Below, piece by piece: positions 61,642 to 64,000 of a DNA stretch of 64,000 nt (the first letter of the stretch is position 1; each line of letters starts with the position of its first letter). This stretch comes from an uncultured Gemmatimonadales bacterium. Lineage in GTDB: Bacteria; Gemmatimonadota; Gemmatimonadetes; Gemmatimonadales; Gemmatimonadaceae. Below the pieces are notes generated by a model. That model worked only from the letters and a program-made list of their open reading frames with translations, did not search any database and was not told the origin of the DNA. The translations under genes and the position numbers were made by a program. The stretch is taken from contig CAWKNZ010000002.1 in NCBI GenBank assembly GCA_963851265.1, forward strand, positions 672,001 through 736,000, read 5' to 3'.

Positions 61642-62651
61642 CGGACGGCCGCGAGCGGAAGGTGGCGATTGGCGCGGCGCGCGGGCTCGTCGACCAGGTG
61701 GCAGCGCGCGGCGTGGCCGGCGCCCGCATCGTAGAGTGGCGGGTGCTCGCGCTCGCACCGCTCCCACGCGTAGGGGCACCGATCGCGGAAGCGGCAGCCG
61801 GTGGGCCACGCCGTCGCGGGCGGCACGGTCCCGGGAATCGTCGCCAGGCGATCGCGCGCTTCCCCCAGACGCGGCACCGCGGCCAGCAGCCCTTCGGTGT
61901 AGGGGTGCTGCGGCGCGGCGAACAGCGCGTCGACGGTGGCCTCCTCGACGACCTCGCCGGCGTACATCACGACCACGCGCCGCGCGACCTCGGCCACGAC
62001 GCCCAGGTCGTGCGTGATGAGCAGGATCGCCGTGCCGAGCCGGGCCTGCATCTCGGCCAGCAGTTCGAGGATCTGCGCCTGAATGGTCACGTCGAGCGCG
62101 GTGGTCGGCTCGTCGGCGATGACGACCGCGGGATTCATGACGAGGGCCATCGCGATCATCACGCGCTGGCGCATGCCACCCGAGAGCTGGTGCGGGTACT
62201 CGCCCGCGCGCCGCGCCGGGTCGGGGATGCCGACCGCTTCGAGCATCTCGACGGCGCGCGCCCATGCCGCCTTGCGTCCGAGTCCGGCGTGCACCCGTGG
62301 CACCTCGGCGATCTGCTCGCCGATGGTGAGGACCGGGTTGAGCGCCGTCATCGGCTCCTGGAAGATCATCGCGACGCGGTCGCCGCGGATGGCGCGCAGT
62401 TCGCGCTCGGACATCGCGAGCAGGTCGCGGTCCTCGAACCGGATCTCACTGCCGGGCTCGATGCGCCCCGGCGGGCGAATGAGGCGCAGCACCGAAAGCG
62501 CGGTGACGCTCTTGCCGCACCCGCTCTCGCCGACGACGCCGAGCGTCTCGCCGGGGTGCACGTCGAACGAGACGCCGTCGACGGAGCGCGCCGGCGCGAC
62601 GCCGCCGTGGAACCACGTGCGCAGGTTGCGAACGGAGAGGACGGGGGGCAC
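61638..62651 (-). CDS. Oligopeptide/dipeptide ABC transporter ATPase (OppD/DppD-like)
   Basis: '[10 protein letters not shown]', 'LSGGMRQR', 'DEPTTALD', 'GCRFRDRC'; GTG start 62651. Confidence 0.93.
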   Translation of the reverse strand: MPPVLSVRNLRTWFHGGVAPARSVDGVSFDVHPGETLGVVGESGCGKSVTALSVLRLIRPPGRIEPGSEIRFEDRDLLAMSERELRAIRGDRVAMIFQEPMTALNPVLTIGEQIAEVPRVHAGLGRKAAWARAVEMLEAVGIPDPARRAGEYPHQLSGGMRQRVMIAMALVMNPAVVIADEPTTALDVTIQAQILELLAEMQARLGTAILLITHDLGVVAEVARRVVVMYAGEVVEEATVDALFAAPQHPYTEGLLAAVPRLGEARDRLATIPGTVPPATAWPTGCRFRDRCPYAWERCEREHPPLYDAGAGHAARCHLVDEPARRANRHLPLAAVR

Positions 62652-62706
62652 GCGGTTCAGTTTAGGTCGGCGGGAAGGGAGACGTGGCCCCCGTCGCGAG
62701 GCGACG

Positions 62707-63645
62707 TCACGCCGCTGCGCCCCGCGCACGGTCGCCGGCCCAGTCGCCGAGCACGCTCGCCGAGAGGACGCAGAGGACGACGCACGCAGTGGGCACTGCA
62801 ACGGTCCACGGGGCGTCGGCGAGGTACGCCGCGCCGTCCTGGACCATGCTCCCCCAGCTCGCGTCGGGCGGCCTGACGCCGAGCCCGAGGAACGAGAGGC
62901 CGGCTTCGAGCGCGAGCAGTTCGCCGAAGAGGAGGGTGCCCGCGACGGCGACCGTGCCGACGACGTGCGGCGGCAGGTGTCGCAGGAGCACACGCCCGGG
63001 AGACGCGCCCAGCGCGCGCGCGGCCTCGACGAACTCCGCGCGTCGCACGGCGGCGACGCGCGCGCGCACGAGGCGGCTCGTCCCGGGCCACGCGGTGAGG
63101 CCGAGCACGAGTGCGAGCGTGGGGGACGAGATGTGCGCCCACAGGGCGACGACCGCGAGCAGGAGCAGCACGCGCGGCACGCCGAGGACGGCGTCGACGC
63201 CGCGCATCAGGACCCGCTCCGTGCGCCCGCCGAGCGCCCCGGCCGCCCCGCCGACCGCGGTGCCTAACGCGGTCGCGACGGTCGCCGCGAGGGCGGCGAC
63301 GCCGAGCGACGTGCGCCCGGCGTAGAGCGTGCGGCTGAGCACGTCGCGCGAGAACGGGTCGGTGCCGAGGAGGTGCGCCCCCGACGGTGGCCGGTTTTGC
63401 AGCGCGACGAGGTCGAACTGGCGGGCGGGATCGTAGGGCGCGAGGTGTGGCGCGAGGAGCGCGACGGCGCCGAAGGCGGCGAGCGTCACGCCGGCGAGTC
63501 GAACGGACCACGGCAGCCGGGCGACGGCAGAGACGACGCGGCCGCGAAGCGCCGGGAGCGCACTCACCGTGGCCACGCGCATCGTCGCGATCGCCGGGTA
63601 CGCGGGTGTGCCCACGGCATGCGGAATGACGCTCGCATCGCTCAC
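62707..63645 (-). CDS. Peptide ABC transporter permease (OppC/DppC-like)
   Basis: '[15 protein letters not shown]', '[12 protein letters not shown]', '[10 protein letters not shown]'; GTG overlaps the upstream stop. Confidence 0.9.
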   Translation of the reverse strand: MSDASVIPHAVGTPAYPAIATMRVATVSALPALRGRVVSAVARLPWSVRLAGVTLAAFGAVALLAPHLAPYDPARQFDLVALQNRPPSGAHLLGTDPFSRDVLSRTLYAGRTSLGVAALAATVATALGTAVGGAAGALGGRTERVLMRGVDAVLGVPRVLLLLAVVALWAHISSPTLALVLGLTAWPGTSRLVRARVAAVRRAEFVEAARALGASPGRVLLRHLPPHVVGTVAVAGTLLFGELLALEAGLSFLGLGVRPPDASWGSMVQDGAAYLADAPWTVAVPTACVVLCVLSASVLGDWAGDRARGAAA

Positions 63646-64000
63646 GCCGCGTCTCCGGCGTGTGGTCCGAATCGCGGGTCGAGCCACGCCTGCAGCAATT
63701 CGGCGAGCAGGCCGCCCGCGGCCACCGCCGCACTCCCCACCACCACCGCGCCGGTCACCAGCGCGTAGTCGCGCGTGCCGACGGCCTGCGTCGCGAGGAG
63801 GCCCATGCCGGGCCACGCGAACACGCTCTCGGTGACGACCGCGCCGCCGACGAGGGCGGGGAGCGCGAGGCCGAGCAGGGCGACCGTGGGTGCGAGTGCG
63901 GCGCGGAGCGTGTGGCGGACGAGGATGCGCGGCTCGGCCATCCCCTTCGCGCGCGCGGTCCGGACGAAATCGCCGCGCGCCGCGTCGCCGACGGCAGCCC
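63642..64000 (-). CDS. Peptide ABC transporter permease (OppB/DppB-like), 5'-truncated
   Basis: 'FVRTARAKG', 'VTESVFAWPGMG', 'RDY', 'WLDPR'. Confidence 0.9.
   Translation of the reverse strand, partial: AAVGDAARGDFVRTARAKGMAEPRILVRHTLRAALAPTVALLGLALPALVGGAVVTESVFAWPGMGLLATQAVGTRDYALVTGAVVVGSAAVAAGGLLAELLQAWLDPRFGPHAGDAA

Overview
A very GC-rich bacterial chromosome segment. The gene content and protein style suggest Gemmatimonadota (Gemmatirosa-like), which is inference only. It holds five SusC/SusD (RagAB-type) TonB-dependent transporter pairs with no neighbouring glycoside hydrolases. Core genes include waaA, dsbA, metG, ricT/PSP1, accA, dnaE and a lipA-pdhABC...lpdA-lipB cluster split by a SusC/SusD/plug-TonB cassette. 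There is also a REC + EAL c-di-GMP module, a TPM-nucleotidyltransferase-LemA operon, and peptide uptake genes (POT transporter, Opp/Dpp ABC, putative aminopeptidase). I found no rRNA, tRNA, CRISPR or transposase. Five signals are not explained by the annotation. (1) A non-palindromic octamer CGTTAGGC/GCCTAACG recurs at least 15 times on both strands, often forcing rare TTA codons in core genes. (2) The leader of one susC has an RBS-sequestering alternative-pairing arrangement. (3) A 57-bp piece of a susD gene is duplicated in the divergent susC intergenic region. (4) One protein fuses a plug domain to a TonB C-terminal domain with no barrel. (5) Five genes carry apparent small indels; since one is the essential metG, these are probably assembly errors. 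All coordinates and counts were done by eye.
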